64,000 nucleotides of DNA. Source: an uncultured Acidobacteriaceae bacterium. GTDB lineage: Bacteria; Acidobacteriota; Terriglobia; Bryobacterales; Bryobacteraceae. Both the position numbers and the translations under genes were made by a program. The DNA lies in contig CAVUVF010000018.1 in the NCBI GenBank assembly GCA_963744795.1, positions 347,530-411,529 of the forward strand. Reading direction: 5' to 3'. The notes below the pieces were generated by a model. The model ran no database searches, was not told the DNA's origin, and saw only the letters and a list, made by a program, of their open reading frames with translations. This document shows, one piece after another, positions 1 through 13,223 of the stretch (position 1 is the stretch's first letter; each line of letters opens with the position of its first letter).

Positions 1-953
1 TGGAGCGGCGTCGAGTGGCAGGGTAAAGAGAAACTCGACAATCAGCTCAGTGACATGCTGACCAGCCGCGGATTCACTTCGGTGGTGGATCTTGGCTCCG
101 ATCTTCGGGACACGGTCAGCTTGCGCCGGCGTATCGAAAGCGGTGAACTCAACGGGCCTTTCATTTACACGGCCGGCACAGCAATCTATCCCGAGAACGG
201 CGTGCCCTTTTACGTTCGTGAAACTGCGCCGCGCTTTATTCAGTGGTTACTGCCCCAGCCCGCAACACCGGAAGCCGCGGTGCGGGATGTGCGAAGAGAC
301 ATCGGAGCAGGTGCAGATGTCTTGAAGCTCTTCACGGGAGCCTACGTAGCAAGAGGAGAAAATCAAACCGATGCGCGTTGACATTGCCACTGCGGCTGTC
401 CAAACAGCACATGGGCATGGCCAGATCGCCTTTGCACATCCATCAAACATCGAGGGCGTAAAGGTGGTCCTGGCGAGCGGGGTAGATGTACTCGCTCACA
501 CTCCCGACACAACCGATGGAATCAGTGATGAGGTGATCGCCCGAATGGCCCGGCAGGCTTCCATGATTCCGACTCTCAAGATGTTCGGATCAACCGTTAC
601 GAAAAAGCCGGCCTATCTCCAACCCATCTACAACCTCGTCAGAGGCTTCAGAGCAGATGGCGGCAATTTGCTCTTCGGCACGGACGTGGGTTACATGACC
701 GATTACACCACCGAAGACGAATTTGACGCACTTGCCCAATGCGGCCTGGGATGCGGCCGACATACTCAGGATGCTCACAGTTGCGCCGGCGGCGCGAATG
801 GGTGTGGCAAACACAAAAGGAACGTTAACGCCCGGTAAGCTAGCCGACTTCGTCGTTCTTGGCTCCGACCCGGCGGCCAACATCGAGGCCTTTGCCGAAG
901 TCCGTGCCACGGTCAGAAGTGGCAGGATCCTCTGGCAGAAGGGCGGGGCGTGA
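1..953 (+). CDS. Amidohydrolase-family protein, 5' end outside the window; reading frame broken at about 375 and 730-840 in this assembly
   Basis: Frame 1 is open from nt 1. ORFs 55-381, 371-838 and 723-953 continue one another (GADVLKLFTGAYV / VDVLAHTPD...LLFGTDVGYM / AADILRMLTVAPA...PGKLADFVVL), the pattern of metal-dependent amidohydrolases. Confidence 0.7.
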
Positions 954-997
954 ACAGCCTGGATCCGGCAAATAAATACAAGGAACGGGACGGTCTG

Positions 998-2300
998 CTA
1001 ATGTGTTGCAAAGTAGAGGGCGACGGCTCGCTCCAGTTCCGCGTTCCCAACTTCCACTGATCGTTCCTCGTATCTACTGATCCAATGCAACATGCGGCAG
1101 ATATCTCCGGGGTAGCACGCTCGCAGGTGGCCGCCGCTCCGCAGTTTGCACAGTCGCCGCAGTTGCTCAGCGCTGTCCGGCTGCGACGGAATCTGCTGTT
1201 TTGTTGCTTCACGCTCAAAGATAAGGTCAAACGTCTGATCGTCTACATTGCCAACGTATACTTTGTTCGGGATGCGACGCAGAAAAGCTTCGTCAGCTAG
1301 ATCGTCCGGACGCAAGTTGGTGGAAAACACAAGCAGCAGTTCGAACGGAACTTCGAACTTTATTCCATAACTCAGAGCTCAGATAGTCCACGCGCCTGTC
1401 GAGCGGCGCCATCCAGCGGTTCAGCAGGTCGCGCGGAGAAAGCACTTGACGCCCGAAATCATCAATGATGAAAATGCCGTTGTTAGCCTTCACCTGAAGA
1501 GGCGCGACATAGGTCCCGGAACTGTCATCCAAACGCAGGTCGAGCATGCTTGAAACGAGTTCCCCTCCTGCTGTGATATGTGGTCTGCGGCACACAACCC
1601 AGCGCGGATCTAACTTGTGGTCGTCCGTCGGTAGCTCACGATGAACCACGGGGTCATACACAGTCATGATTTGCCCGTCGATTTCTACGGCGTATGGAAT
1701 GACTACGGCATCGTCATAAATGTGAATCAGGCGCTCGGAATAGCTGCTTTTGCCATTGCCGGTCGGGCCGTAAAGGAAAACGGATCGCTGCGAAACCAGT
1801 GCGGGTCCCAATTGATCGAGTAGTAAGTTACTCACAACAAGATCGCCGAGCGCGTTTCGCAGGGCAGCACGATTAACGAAAACGTTAGCCGCCTGCATTT
1901 TTACGGCGCGACTATATTCTTCGAGAGAAACCGGCGCCGGTCCCGTGTATCGCGAGACAGTGGAGCGTTCGGCTGCAAAATTTCGTCCCGCTTCTGTCAG
2001 AGCGAAAGAATAGTCCAGCCCGGTGGAGCCTTTGACCTCGACCAAGAGCTGTTTGCGCAATTGCTCGAACAAGATCTGAATTACAGGAGAGGACACCTTC
2101 ATCAATCGGGCCAGAGAGCGGAAGGAACTGACACCGCAAGCCCGAAGGTGACGAAGCATGAGATCGGAAAGCACCGAATGCGGAATCTTCAGTGCCTCGG
2201 TATCACGAGGGATGGAGGGATAGTAGGCGGGACGTCTCAAGTCGAAGGCGGAGTTCTCAGTCGGAGACTGGTCGAACGGTGCTTGGAAGCGGTTCATCAA
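998..2300 (-). CDS. AAA+ ATPase with N-terminal winged-helix-like region (function unknown), one frame break near 1300-1330
   Basis: Walker A LYGPTGNGKSS and Walker B IFIIDDFG. ORF 998-1330 continues the same protein (LLVFSTNLRPDDLADEAFLRRIP). Confidence 0.6.
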
Positions 2301-2543
2301 TTAATGTTTTTCGGTGACAAGTCGACCAAGCCCGTATCTGCAGGGCTCGCATGTTTTTAAGGTTGGCGGCGGAGGACAACCGAAACCACATCACCTACTC
2401 TGCGAACGATCTTAGACTGTGCGCGGCCTCAAAAAGGCATTTACCAGGAGAGGCGAGTACTAAGTACCGTGGCGTCGGAGTTACTATCTTCGGGTGTTCG
2501 CGGCGGTTGTGTCTAGTGAGTCACTGAATGCGCGTTAATCACC

Positions 2544-3790
2544 TTACTTTTTCCGCAGCTTTACGTCCCATTGGCCGCCTGGCAAAATCGGGAGCGACAC
2601 GACTGCACCGTGCGGGGCAGGATCGAATTTGTTTCGGACCTCAGATGAAAAGTGTAGATCCGCGTAGGGCATGAAGCGCCAGTTCCTGGGCACCCGAGTA
2701 CACATGATGAGCAAAGCCGCCATCGCGAGAACCTTTAGGGCGCGGTTCTGTCCGATGCCCGCGTACCAGAGCAGGCACCAGACAAACGCCAGCATGGGGA
2801 AGAACCAGTAACGCGTACCCCAGGCACCCGAGAGCGCCAACCATTGCGGCTGGTCGTAACTTGCCTGGGGAGTCATCATGGATCCCGCAAAAACAAGGAC
2901 TGCAAACGCGATGAACAGCTTCCATTCCAACCGGGCGCGGACGCAGCAATACAGGAGCAGGCCCACGCCAAGCGCCGTCAAAGAGAAGATGTAAAGATCA
3001 CTCCTCCGCAGAGCGCTGTTCATTCCGAACAGAGGTGCGAGAAAAATCTGGGCCACAAGAATGCGGCAGAGAAGATTGAAGGCTTGCCCCAAGTGGCATG
3101 GGGGCGCGCGTTTGCACGGCGGAACTGAGAAGGCTACTTCCCTGCAGACAGGGCTGCCGATCCCAGTAGTGTCACTACGGTGAGACGCCAACGTGTACAC
3201 GTTGTCTCCACCACAAAAGCAACGCGGCCGGAAAGAGCACTATGCAAAACGGACCGGTTAACCCGCATAACACGAGTACCGTTACGTCAAATGCTTTGGC
3301 CGACGCGCGATTCCGGTGGGCGCGCCAGCACAACCAGACAGGCGAGCAGCGCGAGATGCCACTGGGCTTCCGTGATACTTACGTTCAGTTCCGAGGTGTT
3401 CGGAAGTGCCAGGTAAGCTAGCGCCATCAGTACCCGAATGCGTAGTGGCGCCCAATTCGCTGCTGTTCGTGTAGAAACGAGAAAAACTGCTGGCGCAACT
3501 TGCAGCAAAAGACCGATCAGGTTCATGACCAGAGGCGCGTGCTGCAAGAGGGACTGCCAATGCCAACGCTGCCCCGAGCCTGGGGAGGGTTTGAAAGTAT
3601 CCCGTATGCGTCATGGTCAGCGCTCGTAGCCCAGCCGTAGTTGTAGGCGTCCGCAAACCAGTGTTTCCGTCTTCCGCAAAGAATTGCGGATTGAAGATAG
3701 CGTCCGGACGCCGCGAGATGAACGGCCAGAGCAGCAAGAACAGAGATTATGAGAAGGGAACGGGAAAGTAAAACCCGTGCTCATCCAGCC
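2544..3790 (-). CDS. Polytopic integral membrane protein, unknown function, several frame breaks; N-terminus uncertain
   Basis: ORFs 2544-3200, 3287-3547 and 3282-3737 are hydrophobic helix-rich and read on from one another (FFAEDGNT..., LIGLLLQVAPAVFLVS..., WFFPMLAFVWCLLWYAG). Confidence 0.4.
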
Positions 3791-3832
3791 ACTTGGCATT
3801 TGCGGATCGCGGCTGAACGTCTACGTAGTTTC

Positions 3833-5263
3833 TTATTGGGCCGGTGCTGCATTCAGACCGGATCGGGAAGCCTCGACGACTACCCAGGGATTCACGTTCA
3901 CGTCTTGCAGTACGCCAGATTGCCAGGCGTACTCTTTGTGAGCTTTCAGAAATTCCGCAGCATGGAACGCCAACCCGCATGGGTGGCCCATGCCCGCTGC
4001 GAAGGAGAGGCGTTCGGCCATCGCGGCATCGGCAACTTTGACCTCCGCTACGCCTGCCGGCCCGTAGGGATCTTGCCAGTCTTTTAGTCCGCGGCTCGAC
4101 TTGTCAATATGGCCGCAGATGGTGCGCTCATTCGGATCGATTTCTTTGGTGAGCGAGATCGTAGTGATCGGTTTCAAACTTCTTGCCCAACTCAACATCA
4201 ATCCGACCCTTGTTTTCGGCCATCAACTGATCCCACCGCCTGTGCCGAACCTCGTTCGGAGTATTGGGATCGTTTGCCGGAAAATCAGTCTCTTCTTTGA
4301 TCAGCTTCGGATTGATCGGAAAATTGGAACCAACGAAGTAACCGTCTGAGCTCTGGTCAAGGGTGACGTTCTTCAGCCCCAGTTCCAGGCGCGCAATCTT
4401 GTTCACCTTGCGGTCGCCCACGAGCCAGGTATTGGCGTACGCTCCGTTGTTGTTTTCTTTCATGATTCGCGCGAAATCTTCGATGGACTCCGAATATTGC
4501 ATTGCTTTGCGTGCCCGAACGAATTCCGGCGTGCCGCTTTGCCGGAATCCGAAGAAGCTGCCGATTGTCGTTTCGGTGATCATGATTCCGCTGTCATTGA
4601 TCCCGAAGTCATCGCCGCTGTGAATCAGGCCAGGCATTCCGTCCATGATGAAGTGATGACCCGCCGAGGGAGCTATGTCGAAGATGATGTTCCATCTCGT
4701 GCCGGTCAGGTAGTCGGTCCAATTGTTATGCCCGATGACGATTCGACCATCTTTGGTGTAACTACCCGTCGCGATAAATGCACTGCAGTGTTCAGGAGCG
4801 TGACTTGACCGGGACGCCTTTTGTCTCGAGATGTTTCGCCGCATCGTAGTAATAGGTGAATTCCATGTAGGCGTTCATCGTCACCAGGTCGAGAAAATCG
4901 AGCTTCGATCCATGTGCGTGAAGGCCATCAACAATGCCTTGTCAGTTCCTCACGATATTCATCAGTGAGCTTGGAGACGAAGAGCTTGTCGGAAATCGTC
5001 CGCATTTCTGCCCACGAGTGCTTCACTCCATGAGTAGTGCTCAGTTCGATCGCTTTCTTGCTGTCCTCGATCTCGGAAGCGAGAAGAGATCCATGTTGGA
5101 AGCCGATCGCCGATGGCGTTCCTTGTAAGTGGACGTAAATCCATCCGCTCTCGAGTTTTCTGAAGGCTCCGTTGAGACGCGGGTCGGGTTGGCCTTTTCC
5201 ATAGCTCATGCCTGCTGACGCGATAACAAAGGAGGCAAGAAAGCAGACATGGCAGACGCGCAA
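3833..5263 (-). CDS. Secreted Ntn-hydrolase of the C45 peptidase / phospholipase-B-like type, frame breaks near 4200 and 4850
   Basis: Signal peptide (MRVCHVCFLASFVIASAG). The sequence HCSAFIATGSYTKDGRIVIGHNNW fits an N-terminal Cys nucleophile context. Three ORFs (4928-5263, 4128-4844, 3833-4201) are collinear. Confidence 0.55.
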
Positions 5264-5314
5264 CCGGACGCATGGCTAGTTCCTCCGATTACAGCACAGG
5301 ATTCGGGAAGACCT

Positions 5315-7600
5315 TAGTGGCCGAGCGCTTTCAAGGCGGGATCGCGAACAGCGGGATCGGCGCTCATGCTGGCATGCTGGAAGTGTTCGCGCGCTTCCGC
5401 AGCGGCGCCCTGCGGGCCAAGATGTTGCCTAACCCGAGATGGGCTTCGTAAAAGTCAGGACGAAGACGAATGGCAGCGCGGTATTCCTCAGCCGCACGTT
5501 GCGGGTTGCCTTTTGCGGCCAATAAGTCCCCCAATTCGTTATGAGCCTCTGCCTGATTGGGATCCAGCCGTACCGTTGATTCCAGTTCTGATCGCGCGCC
5601 CTCGAAATCTGAGGTAATCTCGAGCAGCAACGCGTAGTGGTGATGGGCCTCGACGTAATTCGGGTCCAGTGCAAGGGCTTTGCGGAACTCATACTTTGCT
5701 TCCGCGATATCGGCGTGTCTGCCCGAGCAGATTGGCGAGATTGTGGTGAGCAAGCGCCAGATCCGGTTGAATCCGGATTGCCTCGCGAAAGCGAGATTCC
5801 GCGGCGGCCGCCGTCGCCCTTCGCAAGACTGACGAGACCCAGCAGATTCTGAGTCTCAGGCGAGGTCGGGGTCAAGCCTGGCCGCCTCCTGAAGAGGCGC
5901 TTCGGCGCTCTCGGCTTTTCCGCTCTGCAGGTAAGCGTTGCCCAGATTCGTCAGGAGAACCGGATCGAGTTCCCCTTGTCCTCTTTCCTCGTCAATCACG
6001 CGTGCCGCGTCGTCCGGTTTGCCTTCGGCAAACAGAGCCGCAACTAATCCCTTTACTGCGGGCGCGTAATGCGGCTGCACGCGTATTGCTTCTCGGAAAG
6101 CTGCGACAGCTTTCTCCGTTTCACCGGCCTTCGCGTAAGCATTGCCTAGTTCAGTTCGAGGCTGCGGTTTCCCGCTCTTGTCCTTTTCCAATGCTGCCCG
6201 TAGTCTTGGAATGCCGCCGTCCAGGTTTGCCGAGTCTTTCACTTGAGCAACGGCCACGTACAACTCATCGCCGCCTTTCACCTGAGGCGGGTAGTACGGC
6301 ACCACTTCTCCCCGGTATCCGTCCTTGCGGTCATCAGGCTCGGCGAGTTCGGCCAATAGGTTTCCGGATGGCTTCTGCCGCTGAATGAAGTGATCCGTCA
6401 TCACCGTATGCACAGCATCCTGGGAACGCCGTTTCGGCATATGGCAATCGAGACAACTGCTGGTTGCTCCGCTCATCTTTGCAACGTGACCCGAGTTGGA
6501 GTGGCATGTGCGGCAGACGGCAACGTAGTGCTCCTTAGCCGCCACGCCGCGAGGTATGTCGTGCGGATTGTGACAGGTGAGGCAGGTCATCTGCGATTCA
6601 CGAAAACAAGCCGATTGTCGAAGACGGTAAGCAGCGCCGGCAATTTCGAACCGATCGACACCGGGGCGAGGCTGCTGGTCAAAATGCAGCGCGTAATCCG
6701 GAAGCGGCTCGCCGGGCCGGTAAGAAAACACACCGCGATCGTATCTTCGGATCGAATAGGGCAGCGGACGGCTCGACGTCTCGAGGTGGCATTGCATGCA
6801 GACCTCCATCTGGCGGTCACGATCGAGCTTTGCGGGATTGACGATGGTGCGGCGAATTTCGTCGGGTTTCGCATGTCCGGACTGAACCAGAGCGACATGA
6901 GCGCTCCCCGGTCCATGACAACGCTGGCAATCAATGCCTTCCGGTAGATTGGCCGGAAAGACCGGCTTCGCGCCTGCTATGTCAGTGCCCGGCTTTACGG
7001 ACGGATAGCCGTTGTGGCAGGACATGCATTCGTATGGAATCGGACGGCGAAAATCGTCCTGGTCAGCCCGGTCGTATCCCGGGCTCATGGCCCAGTAGCC
7101 GTTCTTCTCTGCGTACCAACTGACGGGAAGTTCCTTTAGCTGTCCATCGGGAGTGCGGGACAGATACGTACGTGCATGATTGCCCGATCCGATGACGTAG
7201 TCGACGGGCTTCTCTAGAAGATTCGTCTCTTTCCCGTCCCATCCGATCTGGTGTCGGCGCTGCCAAAGCTTGCCGTCGTGCTCGGCCATCTCGTAGTAGC
7301 GATCGGAAGCTTTGTGGTAGAGCTTGGCGTGAGAACCAGACGCCGCGCCGTCCTTTTGGGGGTCGGCGCGATGAAAAGAGCGCCCCATCCCGGTCCGGCT
7401 GTATGTTTGTGCGACGTCGCGATGGCAGGTTGCACAAACGGCCGGATCAACGTAGACAGGACCGGCGGCTTTGGCCGCCGGTCCTGCAAGTGTCTGGTTG
7501 GGTTCGGCCCTTTTGCACGAAGAGCCGAGACCAACAACAAGGGCCAGTGCCGCGATTGCGGCTGTTCTAGACCGAGCGCTCAGAAGCGAAGACGGAGCGC
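5315..7600 (-). CDS. Multihaem (7 x CXXCH) cytochrome c fused to C-terminal TPR repeats, probable lipoprotein; frame breaks near 7575, 5860 and 5400
   Basis: Haem motifs are CATCH (upstream extension), CMSCH, CQRCH, CMQCH, CLTCH, CRTCH and CLDCH. The upstream in-frame extension reads AAIAALALVVGLGSSC, a lipobox-like sequence. TPR-like repeats span 5315-6200 (AYAKAGETEKAVAAFREAIRVQP..., NELGDLLAAKGNPQRAAEEYRAAIRLRPDF). Confidence 0.75.
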
Positions 7601-7608
7601 CATTTGCA

Positions 7609-10600
7609 TCAGACGAGGTTGATTAAGCTGCGTCGATATAACTCCGAATGTCGAATTCGCTGCTGTTGTGTATTCACGTTCGGCTGTCCAAACTGAACAC
7701 GATTGAAGAGGTTGAACGCTTCCGCTCGAAACTCCAGATTGAAGCGTTCAGTGATCGCTGTCCGTTTGAATATCGAGAAATCAAAGTTTGCGATACCGGG
7801 ACCGCGCAGGACAGGATCAGTTCTGCTTGCGTTTCCGAACGTGAAGGGCGCTGGCAAACTGAAGCACGACGTATTAAACCAGCCATTGATGCGGGATTGG
7901 GCAGAGCCGGAGACGGTCCGATCGCAGTTTGGCGCTACGTTCGGTCGCAATCCAGTATTGAAGCCCGTCGTATTCGGGGTGGCCGTAAATCCGAGAGGCA
8001 ATCCCAGCTGGAACGTCGTCAGACCCGTTGATGCCCCATCCGGAAACAAGTTTGTCGGTCAGGCCTGACGCACCAGATAGGAACATCCGGCCCTTGCCGA
8101 AGGGAAGGTCATAGACGTAGCTGATGACGAGCCGCTGGCGAGTATCAAAGCTGGATAAGCGCTTTTTCGGCCCGCAAGTTGTACCAGTTCTGAACACCGG
8201 CCACACCCGTTGGGACTATCCAGCCAGGTGGTGAGCGTCTCGGCATTCGAAAGGATCTTCGAGAAGGTATACGAACCGAGCAATGTGCCGCCCGACTTGA
8301 AGCGCTTCTCTGCTTTCACCTGGAGAGAATGATACGTGCTGTCGCCGCTGAAATCGGCCGGAGCAGAAAGGCTCAAGTATTGAGGATACGGCGAGAGCAA
8401 TTGACCCCGTCTGCACCGTGGGCAGCGAGAGCGCACCATAGGCGACTCGTCCGAGGAACGGATTCGGTACCTGGTCCCTGAGCGAGGTCCCGAGCGAGAA
8501 GTACTGGGGATTAATCTGGTTATATTGGCGTCCCTAACGGCAAGATGCATGCCGCGCAACCCCGCGTAGCCAGCCTCCAAGCGCGATATCGCCCGGAAGT
8601 TGATGTTGGACGGTGAAGTTCCACTGATAGGCATAGGAATTATTTGCCTGATACGGGTTGGCGCGGCCGCCCAGATTAGTTCCGAGGAAGTTCTGCTGAT
8701 AGCGGGGATCACGCCCCGGAGGAGGCGATAACCCCATTAGGTAGTGGATTGCTCAGAGTCGCCGAGTAGGTGACGAAGTTATCGAGCGAGCCGACAACGG
8801 GATTCTGGAACAGGTTGACCGGATTTCCGTTCGGACCCTGAGGGAAGGAAATTGTGGCGGGGCTTAAGAACATGCCGCCGCCGGTTCGAACCACGGTTTG
8901 ATCGACGACGCGGTAAGCGATTCCAACGCGCGGAGTGACATAGTGATACTTCTCGGGGTTCAGGCCCTCTTCCGGATGATTGGGGCTGGCGACCAGGTCG
9001 AATGCACCTCGAACAGGTTGCCCGTTCACAAGCACCCCGGTAAGAGCAGGGTTGGGTTCGCTGAAGTTGAACGTAGCCTGGCGGTTGTAGCGCTCGCGGT
9101 AGACGCCTGGAATCTCCCATCGTGCTCCCAGCGTGAGCGTAAGCTTCTTAGTTGCCTGCCAGGTATCCGTCACGAAGTAGCCCTGGTAATAGAGGGTCGT
9201 GAAGGTGAAGGATGAGGTCTGCACGCAGGCTGCTGTTATTCGGGATGCCGAGCAGGAACGAAGCTAAGCCGCTCCCCGTAGACCCGGAATTTAATGCATT
9301 CTGAGACGTAATCAGATTGTCGAAATTGTACATGCCGCCAGGGGTGTTGTTCTGGAAGTAATTCAGCTCGTTTTTGTGGATCTCGGCGCCGAACTTCCAG
9401 GTATGCTGCCCCTTGATCCAGGTGAAGGTCGGAGTCAGGGTATACGTATCATCTCTTCCGTAGAGAAGCCCGGTTGAGATCGCGTTGTAAGTGGGAGAGG
9501 TGATAGCTAAACTGGGGCATGGTGGTGGATGGGATCCAGTCCGTTGAGTACGAGGAACCTGTGAATAGTACGACGGGAAATCCGAGTGTGGCCGGATCGA
9601 GACCCAGCGTTCCCGGGATGCGGTCGTAGTCCCAACGGATGAAGCCCGCCCGGATATCGAAGATCATGGTCGGGTTCAAAACATACGTGTCGGCCAACAT
9701 GGCTTGTTGCGTGATGAAGTGCTCCGGAGAGTACGGATCGCCACTGCGCAAGCCGTTGCCGTACACGTCCACAGGAAGGTTGGCGGAAGTCCAGCGAGTA
9801 TAGCGGGCTAAGATGCGTTGTTTGTCGCTGAACTGATGGTCTCCGCGGATATTGTACTGATCGTTGTCGCCGCCCGGTGCTGGCGTTACGCGCAAAGTTG
9901 AAGTTGTTCGTGAAAGGCTGCCCGGGGTGTTTGGTGCGGCATAATACGGGAAACCCAATACTTTTGCTGCGACGGGATTGATACGCGAAGCGGGGATGAT
10001 GTTGCCAGGGAACTGAGTGCGCTGGACGGTTCCGCTTCCACAAGCCGGATTCCCATAAGCGCCGCATTGCGTCAGCGGATCGTAGATTGGAATCTGCTGT
10101 CCGGATGCGTTCAGGTAGCCCGAGAAATCGCCTCTTGCCTGTGCCGCGGTTGGGACTGTGTTGCTGAACAACACGCCCTGCCGCGCTCGAAACCCTTCAT
10201 AACCGAAGAAGAAGAATGTCTTATCTTTCTTGATCGGTCCGCCGATGTTCGCGCCGAATTGATTTTGCTTGAATGGCGCTTTCCCAGCGCCTGAACGGTT
10301 CGCGAAGAAGTTGGTTGCGTTCAGAACTGTGTTGCGGAAGTATTCATAAGCAGCTCCGTGAAACTCGTTGGTGCCGGATTTCGAGGTGATGTTGATCACA
10401 CCGCCGGTATAGCGGCCATACTCTGCCGTATTGTTATTGGTCTGAACACGAAACTCAGAGACAGTGTCCACCGATGGCACCAGGGCGACAATGTTTCCGT
10501 AAGTGATGTTCAATGGGACGCCGTCCAGAAACTGGGCGCTCTGATTCGCCGTACCGCCGCCAATTTGGTAGTTTCCTGCAGAGAACACGTTTTTCCCGGT

Positions 10601-11161
10601 TAGGTTTCCTTCTGAGGAACCTTGCGGAACGACGCCGGGCGCGACAATGGCCAAATTCAGCACGTTCCGTCCATTCAGTGGAAGTTCTTCAACCGCTCGG
10701 CTGCCCACTGCCTGGCTCAAAGATGCGTTTTCAGTCTGCAGCAGGGGAGCCGCAGAAGTGACTTCCACCTGCTGAGTCATGTCGCCGATCTGCATGGCTA
10801 CGTCGATACGCACGGCAGACTCAACCGCGACGGCGATTCCATCCCGCGTATAGCGTTTAAATCCCGACTGCTCTACATCAACTTTGTAGTTTCCTGGGAT
10901 CAGGTTGACGAAGCGGAAAGATCCGTCCTCAGAGCTCTCGGCTGTTCTCTGCTCTCCGGTCCCTGTATTGGTGACTGTCACTTTGGCGCCCTTGATCGTA
11001 GCGCCGGAAGCGTCTGTGACCGCCCCGACCATCGAGCCATAGAAACTCTGGCTTTTGAGTGAAATTGTGGCTAAAAACAGACAAGCCAAGAGCGACGCAA
11101 GACAGCTTGCGCCAGAACGAACTGCAACACGGCATACGTTACTTACCCCTTTAGACGACAT
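7609..11161 (-). CDS. TonB-dependent outer-membrane receptor with carboxypeptidase-regulatory-like N-terminal domain; at least 5 frame breaks
   Basis: Signal peptide from Met at 11161. CarbopepD_reg-like segment GAVTDASGATIKGAKVTVTNTGTGEQRTAESSEDGSFRFVNLIPGNYKV, plug LPLNGRNVLNL and C-terminal barrel FNLEFRAEAFNLFNRVQF. Collinear pieces are 9449-11227, 9148-9333, 8709-9224, 8059-8712, 7874-8206 and 7609-8049. Confidence 0.85.
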
Positions 11162-11252
11162 TGCGCAATTCGAAAAGCTCATTGCGCTGTTGCAGGGAAT
11201 CGTATCAATGAAGCTTTTGGCTGTCAATAGACAAAGTGGTTGGTCAGTCCGC

Positions 11253-12010
11253 TCATTGCGTTCGCTCGGACTCGTGCTGTTGGGCGATTGCCTGCGCCGC
11301 TAAATCCTCGATCCAGCCGAGCATGCGTGCGTGATGCGATCCTCGCCAGAAAATCCTGCGGCAATCGCGGCATTGGCTGAATTCGGTCTTGGTTTCCCGC
11401 GTATGAGGCGGAAGAAGGTGGGATACCTCGGCCTTGGAAACGGGATCGAGGAGACCATTGCATTCCATGCAGCGCTGAAACGGAGTGAAATGGGGCTGCA
11501 GTGCGAAACGCCTGGCCACTTCCCGAAGTTGCTCGTGCGGTTTCTGGCTGCGAACACAATATCCAATCTGCACTTCGCGCCGTTTCAGCAATCCCACATC
11601 TCGCGTCAGCAAAACACGCTGTTCCGCACTCGCGACGGCGGCGAGCTGGGGATCATCCGCGAACCGGTCGTACCAGGTGTCGAAACCGAGCATGCGAAGA
11701 TACGCCGCCAGCCGGCCCAAATGCCCATCCAGCACAAAGCGGACGTGTTCGATGTGAACTGGTTCCGTGTACGGGAACACTTGGATGTGATCGCCCGGCG
11801 CCACTTGCTGGGACAGTACAGCATCGTGTCCGTTCACCGTCACTGCGGCAACTTCGGTATGTGGAACCCCGATGCGACTCGATCAGATGCTTCAACGTGT
11901 CGGTAGATCCTGCCCCGGTTTCGAAATTCTGTGTTCCGCTTCTCGGCTGGGAGGAAATCATTCAGCTCGCCGTGAAGAACCGGAACCATACGGGTAGGGC
12001 GGCGGTCACC
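11253..12010 (-). CDS. Mut7-C RNase domain (DUF82, PIN-like) protein with N-terminal ubiquitin-like domain; frame breaks near 11840-11960
   Basis: FVLDGHLGRLAAYLRMLGFDT...LLTRD and the C-terminal Zn-ribbon CMECNG...CRDC are typical of Mut7-C. Upstream fragments read LNDFLPAEKRNTEF... and TLKHLIES... Confidence 0.7.
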
Positions 12011-12048
12011 TGAGTTCATTGTCCCGCGTCCGTGCCATGCGCCTGCTC

Positions 12049-12321
12049 TTAGCGAGTGATCCTGATCCTCTTGTGCGTTGAGGTCTGCCCGAAACGATTT
12101 GGACATTGCCCTTGCTGACGCCGAAGTAGCGAGACAACAAAGCCTCGCAGCTCTTCGTTCGCTTTGCCTTTCTCCGGGACCGCGGCTAGCTTGACCCGAA
12201 GGCTGCCGTCCTCTCCCAAGCCGAGGACTTCGCTCCGTGATGCACGAGTGCTGACTTTAACCGCGATGAGCAGTTCGCGTTCGCGAGCCAGCCTGTTTCG
12301 TAGATCGATGTCGCCAGGCAT
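12049..12321 (-). CDS. DUF167 (YggU-like) protein, C-terminal frame disturbed
   Basis: LIAVKVSTRASRSEVLG...LRVKLAAVPEKGKANEEL...TSTHKRIRI matches the DUF167 pattern. Confidence 0.6.
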   Translation of the reverse strand: MPGDIDLRNRLARERELLIAVKVSTRASRSEVLGLGEDGSLRVKLAAVPEKGKANEELRGFVVSLLRRQQGQCPNRFGQTSTHKRIRITR

Positions 12322-12329
12322 GTTCAGGA

Positions 12330-13106
12330 CAGGACTTAGCGAATTCAGCCCAGACCACCGTGTGGTCCGAAGCGGAAGGCGCTTTCCGCGGTTCGAGATC
12401 GACGTCTACCGGTCCGACAGTTCGCGGCAAGAGGCGCCAGTCACCAGAATGTGATCGATGCGCCAGCCCCAGTTATTCTGAAATGCATTACGAAAATAAT
12501 CCCAATACGTGTACTGAATGCGATCGGGATGAAGCTGCCGAAACGTGTCGGTGAATCCCCAACCAACTACTTCCTGAAATGCATTGCGGGCATCGATATG
12601 GAAATCGACATCGTTCACGCGGCGGTCTGGATGATAAACGTCGATCGGTTCCGGAGCGACGTTCAGGTCGCCCAGCCAGATCACCGGGTCTGAAGGGCTG
12701 AAAGTGTTCTTCGAGGTATTGCCGCATGCGACGGAACCACTCGAGCTTGTATTGGTATTTCTCCGATTTGATCGAATGTCCCTGGGGCACGTAAGTATTG
12801 ATGATCGTCACCCCTTCAATCGCAATTTGCAGGATACGGACGTCTTCGTTGTCGGGTCCGTCGTGGAACCCGTGTTTGACAGTATTTGGCGCGGTGCGGC
12901 TCAAGGTAGCCACCCCGTTGTACGCCTTCATGCCCGCGGAAGGTTGCGTGATAACCCGCTTCGCGGAACGTCTCGATCGGGAACTCGGAATCCTGGACTT
13001 TCGTTTCCTGCAGGCACATCACATCCGGTTTGTGTTGCTCGAGCCAGGCCAGCACAATAGGGAGGCGCTTGCGCAGCGAGTTTACGTTGTAGGTGGCGAT
13101 CTTCAT
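12330..13106 (-). CDS. xth: Exodeoxyribonuclease III, frame breaks near 12900, 12690 and 12410; 3' end approximate
   Basis: [15 protein letters not shown]...[28 protein letters not shown] and WRIDHILVT fall across ORFs 12816-13106, 12488-12931 and 12406-12684. Confidence 0.85.
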
Positions 13107-13223
13107 GTTGCAATAAGGTTATGGAACGGAGACGCTTCAATACTCTTTTGGGTGCCGCTGGAATTAGCGTAACGAGCACCGGGCGAGTTAGGCTCTCAAG
13201 CTCGCGGGAACGGTGAGCCTCAA

